Shown here: positions 1 through 8,391 of the stretch, in pieces | Layout of the letters: the number at the start of each line of letters is the position of its first letter | How positions within the stretch are numbered: position 1 is the first letter of the stretch | Assembly (NCBI GenBank): GCA_027019065.1 | Contig: JALUXH010000199.1 | Location: forward strand, 1 to 41,270 | DNA length: 41,270 nucleotides | Origin: Anaerolineales bacterium | GTDB taxonomy: Bacteria > Chloroflexota > Anaerolineae > Anaerolineales > DRMV01 | Reading direction: 5' to 3' | Notes under the pieces: model-generated | What the model saw: only the letters and a program-made list of their open reading frames with translations | What the model was told of the DNA's origin: nothing | The model's database searches: none | Made by a program: the position numbers and the translations under genes

Positions 1-2
1 AG

Positions 3-152
3 TTTTGGTTAGACCCGGTGGTCACTTTAGCGGCAAACTACGGATACGGGCGGGCCGAATTGCGGCGCATTGAACGATTGTTACAAAGGCAAATCGCTTT
101 GCTTTGGGAGCGATGGGATGACTTCTGCGGTAGTCACGGTAGCATGGCCTAA
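3..152 (+). CDS. DUF4160-family protein, 5'-truncated by window edge (putative type II TA toxin component)
   Basis: My translation of frame 3 (not in ORF track): FWLDPVVTLAANYGYGRAELRRIERLLQRQIALLWERWDDF..., stop TAA 150-152. Resembles the DUF4160 C-terminus and overlaps a DUF2442 gene, its usual partner. Confidence 0.75.
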   Translation, partial: FWLDPVVTLAANYGYGRAELRRIERLLQRQIALLWERWDDFCGSHGSMA

Positions 153-435
153 GATCATGGCTGTGCGGGTAAGCGAAGATACGCTCAGCGTGGATTTAGA
201 GGATGGGCGGACGATTTCAGTACCCCTGAGTTGGTATCCGCGGCTGGTGTATGCAACAGAGGCGGAACGGCAACACTTTGAGATTGCAGGAGCAGGGTAC
301 GGCATCCACTGGCCAGACATAGATGAAGACATTGGCGTGGAAGGCTTGTTGTTAGGGAAACGTTCCACCGAAAGCCAAACCTCTTTGAAGCGCTGGCTGG
401 CAGAGCGGGAGAAGAAGCGAAAAGATAGCGCTTAA
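118..435 (+). CDS. DUF2442-family protein (putative antitoxin partner of DUF4160)
   Basis: LSVDLEDGRTISVPLSWYPRL...GIHWPDIDEDIGVEGLL is the typical DUF2442 signature. ATG at 118 chosen over TTG at 70. Confidence 0.85.
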   Translation: MTSAVVTVAWPKIMAVRVSEDTLSVDLEDGRTISVPLSWYPRLVYATEAERQHFEIAGAGYGIHWPDIDEDIGVEGLLLGKRSTESQTSLKRWLAEREKKRKDSA

Positions 436-554
436 ACCCGCGACAGCCCCTTCACCAAATACACCTCCCCCCGCGTGAAGCCCCGTTCCAGGTAATACTG
501 CCGGGTGCCCACGGCGGCAATCACGGCCATGCGGCGGAAGCCGGCGGCGCGGGC
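432..554 (-). repeat. Duplicated 3' end of elp3 (last 40 codons plus stop), direct repeat of 2832-2954
   Basis: 123 bp identical to 2832-2954 except at 435, 513, 525 and 552; offset exactly 2400 bp. Confidence 0.97.
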
Positions 555-597
555 AGTTGTGTAGCCACAGCACCCTGACACTGCAAGTAAAACGAAG

Positions 598-627
598 ACG
601 CCCTGCTGCCAAAGCAGGGCGTTTTTT
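598..627. terminator. Intrinsic terminator, probably bidirectional, downstream of the REase
   Basis: 10-bp stem ACGCCCTGCT/AGCAGGGCGT, 5-nt loop, T tract on +, A-rich run just upstream. Confidence 0.7.
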
Positions 628-632
628 GTGGC

Positions 633-1490
633 TCAGGCGGCCAAATCAAGCGGCAGGTCGCTGATATCGCGCAGGCGCTGCCCCGAAATCATGGTTTCAA
701 GCAGGCCCTGGGCTGTTTCATCGCCGACTGCCGCAACCGCCTGCTGAAGTTCGGGCAAAGCGACGTGATACACACCATCCAGGTCGCCCGTGCCCAACGC
801 AAGGGAAGCCAGCCTGCCCGGGTGCGGCTCGGCAGTAACCACCACAATGTGCGGTGTATGCCCTTTCCGGTTGCGGATGAGGTTCAGCCCTTCAGTGCGC
901 ACGTTTTGCGAACGGTCGCTGCGGATGGTCCATTTGCAGGAAATGCTGGCGTGCAAGAGCGGCACGGTGTTGTTCACCCGGCGCAACGGTGAAAGGCCGG
1001 CGATGGTGCGCCCTTCAACGAGCTTCTCTCCCCGATTGATCGCTTCGTCAGGAAGCGGCTCACGCGCCACAATGATGTCGGGGGCAATGAGGTAATCCCC
1101 CAATGCCGCCCGCAGCGCCGGATGCGCGTGCAGCGCCTCGGTCAGGTCGGCCAAATGGCGGTATTGGGCGAAATCCTGAATGTGTGCATTGAGGTAAAAA
1201 CGCCAGTCGCCGGGGCGAAGGTGTTGCAGCAAGCCAAAGGCTTCCTCAAGGTAACGGCGGGTAACGCCTTCAAAGGATTTGCCTACCTGCTGCGGCTTGC
1301 GCTCATTCCGCGAAAGGCCACAACCAGCGTTTGTAGCAATGCTTTCCCACATCAAGCGGGCAACCTCGCGGCTGGTTTTGTTGCTCTTATCGGCATTGTT
1401 GGGATAGCCCGCCGAGGAAAGCCAAACCACCTCATCGCAAAGCGCGCGATGATAACGCTGCCGCAAGTTTTGCCACACCGTGGGCGTCAT
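633..1490 (-). CDS. NgoMIV-family type II restriction endonuclease (predicted GCCGGC)
   Basis: PDII...LHASISCKWTIRSDRSQN...LNLIRNRKG..PHIVVVTAEP matches the NgoMIV PD...SxK catalytic and RSDR recognition motifs. Start overlaps the MTase stop (ATGA). Confidence 0.9.
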   Translation of the reverse strand: MTPTVWQNLRQRYHRALCDEVVWLSSAGYPNNADKSNKTSREVARLMWESIATNAGCGLSRNERKPQQVGKSFEGVTRRYLEEAFGLLQHLRPGDWRFYLNAHIQDFAQYRHLADLTEALHAHPALRAALGDYLIAPDIIVAREPLPDEAINRGEKLVEGRTIAGLSPLRRVNNTVPLLHASISCKWTIRSDRSQNVRTEGLNLIRNRKGHTPHIVVVTAEPHPGRLASLALGTGDLDGVYHVALPELQQAVAAVGDETAQGLLETMISGQRLRDISDLPLDLAA

Positions 1491-2824
1491 GACACATCTC
1501 CCTCTTTGAGAAAGCCGAGGACATACTCCGAGTGCATCCGCTTTTCAATAGCTGAGCCAATGCCGCCGCGCCGCGTGGGCATCATCCGGCGGTCGCGGTC
1601 CAACTGACGCTCGCCAATGCCCACACAGCGCAGCCCTACCTGCTCGCCAATGGCAGCCAGGCTTTGGGGCACGCGAGCAGGCACGCCGCGCATTGTGCTC
1701 TCGCCCACAACCAACACGGCAACACCTTCAGGCGCAAGCACCCGCCCCATTTCGCTCAATCCCCGGCGCATTTCAGAGAAATACCGGTGAAGCACTTTGC
1801 CCTTTCTGGCATCCACCGCGGCAACTTCAGCCACGGCCTGCATGGCTGCAGGCGGCAGGGCTTCCATTTCAAAGCCCTGCAACGCCTCGCCGCCGATGTA
1901 TTCCTTCCGCAAAGCGCCCAATGCCCGAATGCTGTAGCCCCACCAAATCAGCGAAAACTTATGCGCCCGCATGTAGTCAATGGCGTTGGCAGCATAGGGC
2001 GGCGACGTCACAATGAGGTGAACGCTGTTCGTGGCAAAAGGAAGGCGCTGGGCATCGGCTTCGCTCAACCAGGGGGAAACCGATGGGCGCGGCGGCATTT
2101 GAGCCAACAGGCGTAAAGCCCGCCGTGCTTTTGCACGGAAGGCTTCCACTGCCGAGCGGGGGGCTTTTGCTACTTTATGGGGGCGGGTGTGGGAAAGGTC
2201 GCGTGCCTGCGCCACGCTCCCCGATTTGGCAATGATGATGCTGGAAAACACCACCCGCAAAAAAGGCTGCATGGCAGGCGGGCTTTCCTCAATGGCCGCG
2301 CTCAAAGCAAGCAGTTCCTGCTGGGTTTGAGGCAAAAACCAGTAATCGGCAAAGGCACGGGTGGGGGCGTCCAGGCGGGTTTCCCGCAAAACGGCAAGGT
2401 CTTGGGGGTTTTCCAGCATTTGCCGGGCACGGGTGAGCACGGCGTGGAAAGCCGATTCAAACAATGCGGGGGCCGGCGGGTTGGCTTTGGCCGCCACTAA
2501 CCGCAGCGCCAAAGGGTCAATGTCGGTACCTAACGCCACACGCCCCAGGCGGTGGGCTTCCAAAATCGTAGTGCCGGAACCCATCATGGGGTCAAGCACA
2601 TGGTCGCCGGGCCCGGTGAGGTGGCGGATGAAAAGCCGCGGCAACGCCGGCGGGAATTTTGCAGGGAAAGGATGGAGCGCATGTAGCGGGTCTTCCCCCT
2701 TTTGGCCGTGGAAGTTCAGGTCGCCTTCCAGCAGCAAGCGCAGTTTGGCCGCTTGCGAGGGGGCGGCAACCACTTCGGGACGCAGTTGAGGTTGAGGCAA
2801 GGTGTATTCCAGCGGCAGTTGCAT
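1487..2824 (-). CDS. DNA amino-methyltransferase, alpha-type motif order, probably N4-cytosine
   Basis: HPFPAKFPP and VLDPMMGSGTT (SAM-binding) near the N-terminus, IVTSPPY (catalytic motif IV) in the C-terminal half; coupled to the REase. Confidence 0.88.
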   Translation of the reverse strand: MQLPLEYTLPQPQLRPEVVAAPSQAAKLRLLLEGDLNFHGQKGEDPLHALHPFPAKFPPALPRLFIRHLTGPGDHVLDPMMGSGTTILEAHRLGRVALGTDIDPLALRLVAAKANPPAPALFESAFHAVLTRARQMLENPQDLAVLRETRLDAPTRAFADYWFLPQTQQELLALSAAIEESPPAMQPFLRVVFSSIIIAKSGSVAQARDLSHTRPHKVAKAPRSAVEAFRAKARRALRLLAQMPPRPSVSPWLSEADAQRLPFATNSVHLIVTSPPYAANAIDYMRAHKFSLIWWGYSIRALGALRKEYIGGEALQGFEMEALPPAAMQAVAEVAAVDARKGKVLHRYFSEMRRGLSEMGRVLAPEGVAVLVVGESTMRGVPARVPQSLAAIGEQVGLRCVGIGERQLDRDRRMMPTRRGGIGSAIEKRMHSEYVLGFLKEGDVS

Positions 2825-2831
2825 AACCTCA

Positions 2832-4442
2832 TTATACCCGCGACAGCCCCTTCACCAAATACACCTCCCCCCGCGTGAAGCCCCGTTCCAGGTAATACTG
2901 CCGGGTGCCCACCGCGGCAATCACCGCCATGCGGCGGAAGCCGGCGGCGCGAGCGATGCGGTCGGCTTCTGCTAACAGTCGCGTGCCCAGGCCGATGTGC
3001 TGGGCTGCGCCTTCCTGGGCCGCGCCTACGGGCAGCGATTGGCCGTAAACATGCACTTCGCGGATGATGGCCGCCCCCGCGAGGTCGGCCATGCCCACAT
3101 CGGGCGCTTCGGGGCGGGGCAGCGAAAGCCGCAGGAAGCCCGCCAGGCGGTCGTCGGGGGTGACGAATTGCAAAAAGTGCTCCTCCGCGTGGGCGGCGGC
3201 GTAGGTGAAGTCTTCCAGCCGCAGCAGTTCGGGGCGCACGGGCTTGCCCCGCACCTCACGGCAGCGGATGCAACGGCAGCGGGTGCCGCGGCGCGCCATT
3301 TCGGCGAGCACATCCTGCCGCAAACTGGTGCGCTTGTTGCCCGCCACCACGTGCGTGGAGGGAATGTCGCGGATCACCCGGTTGATGCGGCAATAGGGCG
3401 GCACGGTGGCCTTCACGTCGGCCAGCAGGTCAACCAGTGCCTCGGTGGTGTAGGGGGTGTAGTTCCCGGCTTTCCAGATTTCGTAGAGTTCGGTGCCGGG
3501 CAGCAGTTGAGCCGGGTAAATTTTCAGTTCGTCGGGGCACAGGCCCTGCCACAGGCGGGCGAAATCGGTGCGGTCGCTCTCCGGCGTGGCACCCAGCAGG
3601 TTGGGCATCCAGTGCGCCACGATTTTGAAGCCCGCCGCCCGCAGCAGCGCCGCGGCGCGCAGGTTGTCTGCCGCTGTGTGGCCGCGCTTGTTGAGGGCTA
3701 AAATGCGGTCGTCCATGCTCTGGAAGCCCACCTGCACCTTGGTCACGCCCAGTTCGCGCAGGCGGCGCAGGGAAGCCGGCGAAACGTGGTCGGGGCGGGT
3801 TTCCACCACCAGCCCCACATTGCGGTGGCGGGCGGTCTCGTTGTGGCGCTGGGCGGCGGCCAGCGAAGGCGCGCGGCACTCGCCTTCCTGCTGCCACGCG
3901 GCAGGGCAGTCGTCGGCGTTGAGGGCGTCGTACAGGCGGCGGATGAACCACGTCTGGTAATCCTTCGGGTAAGCCGTCCACGTGCCGCCGAGCACCAGCA
4001 GCTCAATTTTGTCGGTGGGGTGGCCGACGGCTTCCAGCGCGGCCAGGCGGGCGCGCACCTGGGCGTAGGGGTCAAAGGCGTGCATCAGCGCCCGCTGCGC
4101 GCCGGGTTCGTCGGGCAGGTAACTTTTGGGCATCCGCACATCGTCGGGGCAGAAAATGCACTCGCCCGGGCAGGGGTAGGGCTTGGTGAGCACCGTGACC
4201 ACCGTGACGCCCGAAAGCGAGCGCACCGGCTTCAGGCGGATGCGCGCCAGCAGGTCATGGTCGGCTTCCCACGCGCCGCTTTCCACCAGGCGGCGGTAGG
4301 CCGCCACTAAGGCGCTCTTGCTCAACAGCCCGCGCGGCAGCGGGTGGTGCTTGATGGCCGTCATTACATCCAGGCCGTCGCGGATGGCTTCCAGCGCGGC
4401 CACGGCCTGGGCAAAGGTTTCGGGGGAAAGGTCAGAGGGCAT
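2832..4442 (-). CDS. elp3: Elp3-family tRNA U34 modification enzyme (radical SAM plus GNAT/KAT domain)
   Basis: KPVRSLSGV, CPGECIFCP, GGTW, ETRPD, ELKIYP, RINRVIRDIP, CRCIRCRE, IIREVHVYG, QHIGLG, AVGTRQYY are Elp3 hallmarks. Confidence 0.93.
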   Translation of the reverse strand: MPSDLSPETFAQAVAALEAIRDGLDVMTAIKHHPLPRGLLSKSALVAAYRRLVESGAWEADHDLLARIRLKPVRSLSGVTVVTVLTKPYPCPGECIFCPDDVRMPKSYLPDEPGAQRALMHAFDPYAQVRARLAALEAVGHPTDKIELLVLGGTWTAYPKDYQTWFIRRLYDALNADDCPAAWQQEGECRAPSLAAAQRHNETARHRNVGLVVETRPDHVSPASLRRLRELGVTKVQVGFQSMDDRILALNKRGHTAADNLRAAALLRAAGFKIVAHWMPNLLGATPESDRTDFARLWQGLCPDELKIYPAQLLPGTELYEIWKAGNYTPYTTEALVDLLADVKATVPPYCRINRVIRDIPSTHVVAGNKRTSLRQDVLAEMARRGTRCRCIRCREVRGKPVRPELLRLEDFTYAAAHAEEHFLQFVTPDDRLAGFLRLSLPRPEAPDVGMADLAGAAIIREVHVYGQSLPVGAAQEGAAQHIGLGTRLLAEADRIARAAGFRRMAVIAAVGTRQYYLERGFTRGEVYLVKGLSRV

Positions 4443-4533
4443 GGTGTGGCCTGGGGGGAGGGGCGCCCCGCCGGGGGGCTTGGGTGAAGTGTGCGCGCCT
4501 GGCGGCGCGAGCGAGGTTGCACCCCAATTCTAC

Positions 4534-4562
4534 TTGACTTTTGCCGCCTGTGCGCCTATAAC
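4534..4562 (+). promoter_or_regulatory. sigma70-type promoter for the nitroreductase-aroH-pheA operon
   Basis: TTGACT-17 bp-TATAAC upstream of the RBS GAAGGAG and ATG 4607. Confidence 0.6.
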
Positions 4563-4606
4563 AAGGGCATTCCTGCCCGCCTGGCAGGTTTTGGAAGGAG
4601 AAAGCC

Positions 4607-5089
4607 ATGACTGTCCATACCCCTGCCCCGCCGCGCGGCCTGAAGGCCATCCCCTGGCGGCTGCCGATATGGATTTACCGCCTGCACCTCGGCTTTTTGC
4701 TCAACGAGCGCTTCCTGCTGCTGGAGCACACCGGGCGCAAAAGCGGCAAGGTGCGCCGCGCGGTGCTGGAAATCATCGGCAAAGATGCCGAACCACGGGC
4801 CTATTATGTGGCTTCGGGGTTTGGCGAGCGGTCGCACTGGTTCCGCAACGTGATGCACCATCCGGAAGTCCGCATTCAGGTGGGGCGGCGGCGTTACCGG
4901 GCGTACGCGGAGCGGCTTCCGGAAAGCGAGGCGCTGGAACGCCTGCGCGCCTATGCCCAAGCGCACCCCACGGCCCTGCGTGAACTGGTCCGGCTGCTGC
5001 ACTACCCTTACGACGGCAGCGACGAAAGCCTGGAAGCCATTGGCCGCGCCTTGCCCGTGGTGCGCTTTCGGGTGCTGGAAGCCGCATAA
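4607..5089 (+). CDS. Deazaflavin (F420H2)-dependent nitroreductase/DDN family protein
   Basis: [15 protein letters not shown]...[24 protein letters not shown] motifs. Confidence 0.88.
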   Translation: MTVHTPAPPRGLKAIPWRLPIWIYRLHLGFLLNERFLLLEHTGRKSGKVRRAVLEIIGKDAEPRAYYVASGFGERSHWFRNVMHHPEVRIQVGRRRYRAYAERLPESEALERLRAYAQAHPTALRELVRLLHYPYDGSDESLEAIGRALPVVRFRVLEAA

Positions 5090-5105
5090 CCCCCAGGAGG
5101 TTGCC

Positions 5106-5558
5106 ATGCCCTTGATGTGCCGTGGTGTGCGGGGGGCCACCACCGTGCCCGAAAACACCCGTGAGGCCATCTTGCGGGAAACCCGCCGCCTGCTGGCGCT
5201 GATGATTCACCTCAACGGCATCCGCGCCGAAGATGTAGCCAGCGCCACCCTGACCACCACTCCCGACCTGAACGCCGAATTCCCCGCCCTGGCGGCCCGA
5301 CAGTTGGGATGGAAGCATGTGCCGTTGCTGTGCGGGCACGAGATGAACGTGCCGGGGCAGATGCCGCGCGTGGTGCGGGTGCTGGTGCACTGGAATACCA
5401 CCAAAGCCCAGGATGAAATCGTGCATGTCTATCTTGGCGAAGCCGCCAGACTGCGCCCCGACCAACTGCACCTGCAAACGGTGGACTGGGAGGCGCTGGA
5501 AGCCTGGATTGCCGGGCAACTGGCCGCTTTCCGGCGCGGCGAGGAGGAGCAGCCATGA
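5106..5558 (+). CDS. aroH: Chorismate mutase, AroH class
   Basis: [42 protein letters not shown]; AGGAGG RBS before ATG 5106. Confidence 0.92.
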   Translation: MPLMCRGVRGATTVPENTREAILRETRRLLALMIHLNGIRAEDVASATLTTTPDLNAEFPALAARQLGWKHVPLLCGHEMNVPGQMPRVVRVLVHWNTTKAQDEIVHVYLGEAARLRPDQLHLQTVDWEALEAWIAGQLAAFRRGEEEQP

Positions 5559-6415
5559 CCACGGTAGCCTTTCAGGGCGAGCACGGCGCTTATTCCGAAG
5601 AAGCCATCCGGCAGCACTTTGGCGGCGAAGCCCAGACCCTGCCCTGCCGTTCTTTTGAAGAGATTTTTGCGGCGGTGGAAGGCGGGCGCGCCGATTTCGG
5701 CGTGCTGCCGGTAGAAAACGCGGTCGCCGGCTCTATCAACAAGGCCTACGACCTGCTGCTGGCCCACGATTTGCGGGTGAGCGGCGAAATCTACCTGCCG
5801 GTGCGGCACCATCTGCTTGCGCCCGCGGGCACGCGCCTGGAAGACATCCACACCGTGCGCTCGCACCCCCAGGCGCTGGCGCAGTGCGAAGATTACCTCG
5901 CCGCCCACGGCTGGCGCGCCGAGCCGTGGTATGATACCGCCGGCAGCGCAAAAGACCTCGCCGCCGCCCCGCAGCCCGGCGTCGCCGTGCTGGCCAGCCG
6001 CCTGGCGGCCGAAATCTACGGCTTGCAGGTGCTGGCCGCAGATGTGCAGGACCGGGCGTGGAACGTCACGCGCTTTTTCGTCATCGGCTATGGTGAGGCC
6101 GAGCCGCAGGCGCGCATGAAAACCTCGCTGGTGTTTGCTGTGCCGCACCGCCCCGGCGCACTGGTGGCCTGCCTGGACGAATTTGCCCGCCGCGGCCTCA
6201 ACCTGACCAAACTGGAAAGCCGCCCCCGCCGCAACCGCCCCTGGCATTACGTCTTCTACCTGGATTGCGAGGGGGCCTGGCAGGAGCCGCGTTGCGCCGA
6301 GGCGCTGGTCGGGCTGCTGGCCCGGGCGGCTTTCCTCAAGTTGCTGGGGTCTTACCCCGCGGCTGAAAACCCCCTCACCAGCGCCGCGGTTTCCCCAAAA
6401 GCAAAAATCCCCTGA
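5555..6415 (+). CDS. pheA: Prephenate dehydratase (PDT plus ACT domain)
   Basis: [47 protein letters not shown]; ATGA overlap with aroH. Confidence 0.94.
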   Translation: MTTVAFQGEHGAYSEEAIRQHFGGEAQTLPCRSFEEIFAAVEGGRADFGVLPVENAVAGSINKAYDLLLAHDLRVSGEIYLPVRHHLLAPAGTRLEDIHTVRSHPQALAQCEDYLAAHGWRAEPWYDTAGSAKDLAAAPQPGVAVLASRLAAEIYGLQVLAADVQDRAWNVTRFFVIGYGEAEPQARMKTSLVFAVPHRPGALVACLDEFARRGLNLTKLESRPRRNRPWHYVFYLDCEGAWQEPRCAEALVGLLARAAFLKLLGSYPAAENPLTSAAVSPKAKIP

Positions 6416-6435
6416 TTTTCCCCGTGGAGGTTGCA

Positions 6436-6882
6436 ATGACCACGATGATCAAACCCGCCAGCATTACCGCCGACCGCAAGAAGGCCGAACTGACCATTGT
6501 TTGGGAAGACGGCCACGTGAGCGTGTACTCCTTTTCCCTGCTCCGCAACGCCTGCCCCTGCGCCGAGTGCGCGGGAGGGCACGAAAACATGCACCACGAC
6601 CCCGACCCGGTGGTCTTCTTCCTTCCCGAAGAGGATTCGCCCCGCACCCACATCAAGGCCATTGACCCGGTGGGCAATTACGGCTTCAACATCATTTGGG
6701 AAGACGGCCACCACTACGGCATCTACAACTGGGATTATTTGCGGAAACTCTGCCCTTGCGAGGCCTGCCAGCGGGAGCGGGAAGCCCGGGGGCTGATTCC
6801 CGACAAGGAAACGCTGGAACGGGAAATTGAACGCCGCCTGCACCCGCCCAAACCCCAGGTGCCGATGGAATTCAAATTGTAG
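6436..6882 (+). CDS. DUF971 / GBBH-like N-terminal domain protein
   Basis: W.DGH.S.Y...LLRNACPCAEC...VGNYG..I.W.DGH..GIY.WDYL signature; GGAGG RBS. Confidence 0.85.
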   Translation: MTTMIKPASITADRKKAELTIVWEDGHVSVYSFSLLRNACPCAECAGGHENMHHDPDPVVFFLPEEDSPRTHIKAIDPVGNYGFNIIWEDGHHYGIYNWDYLRKLCPCEACQREREARGLIPDKETLEREIERRLHPPKPQVPMEFKL

Positions 6883-7211
6883 GGCAGCGCGCAGCGCCGC
6901 GGCGGGAGGCAAAAAGATTGCTGGGGAGAAAAGCACCCACTTTACCCCCTGCGGCGCGCTTTCCCGCGCGGGGTTTGCCGGAGGGCGGCATCCTCAGGCC
7001 TCGCTTGCCGGGCTTGCCTTGCAGGCTTTTTGCAAAGGCGTCGGCGTTGGCCGATGCCGGGCGCGCCGCGTGCCGACGGCAGGTTTTTGGCGGCTATGCT
7101 ACAATACAAACGTGCAAAGCCTGTTTCCCTGCCCGGCGCGCGGCGCTTTCGGATGCACGCTGCAAAAGTTTCGGCCGGCGCGCCTCCCATGATGAGAAAA
7201 GGAGTGAAAAA

Positions 7212-7892
7212 ATGAAACGTTTGTGGATTTTTCTGGCCGCCCTTGTGGTGCTGCTGATGGCCTGCAGTTTCAGTTTCGGCAGCGGTTCAGGGGGAAGCCC
7301 CTCTGCCACGGCCACGCCTCAGGCCAAAATTCTTTTCCAGGATGATTTTTCCGACCCGGGAAGCGGCTGGGACCGGGTGAAGGATGACACCACGGGCAGC
7401 CTGACCGATTACGTGGACGGCCGCTATCGCATCCTGGTGAACGAAAGCCAGACCGACATTTGGGCCAACCCCGGCAAGAACTTTGACGGCGATATTGTGG
7501 TCGCCGTAGACGCCGTGCGCAACAGCGGCCCGAAAGACAACGATTTCGGCATCATCTGCCGCTATCAAGACGCCGACAATTATTATTACTTCGTGATCAG
7601 CAGCGACGGCTACGTCGGCATTGGCAAAGTGGTCAACGGGGAGCAGAAACTTTTGAACAAAGAAGGCAAAATGGTGCCTTCGGACAAGCTGCCCCAGGGC
7701 AAAGATGCGACTTATCACCTGGTGGCCAGTTGTATTGGCGATGTGCTCACCCTGACCGTAAACGGCAAGCGCATCATGACCGTCAAAGACGGCAGCCTGG
7801 CCCCCTCGGGCGATGCGGGTTTGCTGGCAGGCACCTTTGACACCAAAGGCACCGATATCCTTTTTGACAACTTTGTCGTGCGGCGGCCGTAA
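7212..7892 (+). CDS. Lipoprotein with beta-sandwich (DUF1080/LamG-like) domain
   Basis: Lipobox LLMAC, then LFQDDFSDP.SGW...FGIICR...LTLTVNG...GDAGL...FDNFVV; AAGGAG RBS. Confidence 0.7.
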   Translation: MKRLWIFLAALVVLLMACSFSFGSGSGGSPSATATPQAKILFQDDFSDPGSGWDRVKDDTTGSLTDYVDGRYRILVNESQTDIWANPGKNFDGDIVVAVDAVRNSGPKDNDFGIICRYQDADNYYYFVISSDGYVGIGKVVNGEQKLLNKEGKMVPSDKLPQGKDATYHLVASCIGDVLTLTVNGKRIMTVKDGSLAPSGDAGLLAGTFDTKGTDILFDNFVVRRP

Positions 7893-7978
7893 AGGCCGGA
7901 AAAGGATGCTTTCAGGGCGCGTGGCGTTGGTCACGCGCCTTTTTCGCGCATCCATTCAGCCTACTTGGGGCAGGCAAT

Positions 7979-8006
7979 GTAGGGCGGGATGCCGTCTCGC
8001 CCCCAC
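7979..8006. repeat. GTAG-type REP-like palindrome
   Basis: GTAGGGCGGGATGCCGTCTCGCCCCCAC; related copy at 13071-13097. Confidence 0.55.
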
Positions 8007-8168
8007 GGCTGACACCCAGCCCTAAACCCCATCAAGATTGCCAGGGAAGGAAAACGCCGAGAGACGCAGAGGGAGCAAAGAGCGCAAAGAGATTTTCTGT
8101 TTTTGTGCTGTGATTTGTGAAATCTCTGTGGTTTCTCCTCGCCAGGGCTGAACAGTTCCCCACAATTT

Positions 8169-8381
8169 GTAACTGTTCAGCCCACCTGCGATGAAAACGC
8201 CGAGGCACACAGGAGACCAAAGGTTACAACGGCATCACGCCAAGAGCGCAAAGGGAACAAAGACGCAAAGTCAACTTCTGTGTTTTCTGCGACGCTTCTG
8301 TGCTTTCTGGGGTTGCAAGCGGTGCGAATCTGTGGAAGCTGCGTCATCTGTGGTTTCTCCTTGCCCGGGCTGAACAGTTCC
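8169..8381. mobile_element. MITE-like element with 15-bp terminal inverted repeats and 9-bp flanking direct repeat
   Basis: Left GTAACTGTTCAGCCC (8169-8183), right GGGCTGAACAGTTCC (8367-8381), one mismatch. CCACAATTT at 8160-8168 and 8382-8390. A related element end lies immediately upstream (44-bp direct repeat 8125-8168 / 8347-8390, 2 mismatches). Confidence 0.65.
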
Positions 8382-8391
8382 CCACAATTTT

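Noticed and set aside
352-612. 86-aa minus-strand ORF over the duplicated elp3 tail
   Set aside because: Out of frame with elp3, overlaps DUF2442, no recognisable family.
6883-7211. Possible riboswitch or IS5-like end (TTTTGCAAAGG) in the long intergenic region
   Set aside because: Only short GC-rich stems and a GCAAAGCC word; no complete riboswitch consensus or matching second end found.
8125-8390. 44-bp direct repeats as a possible CRISPR array
   Set aside because: Only two copies, 178 bp between them, no cas genes; better explained as MITE ends.
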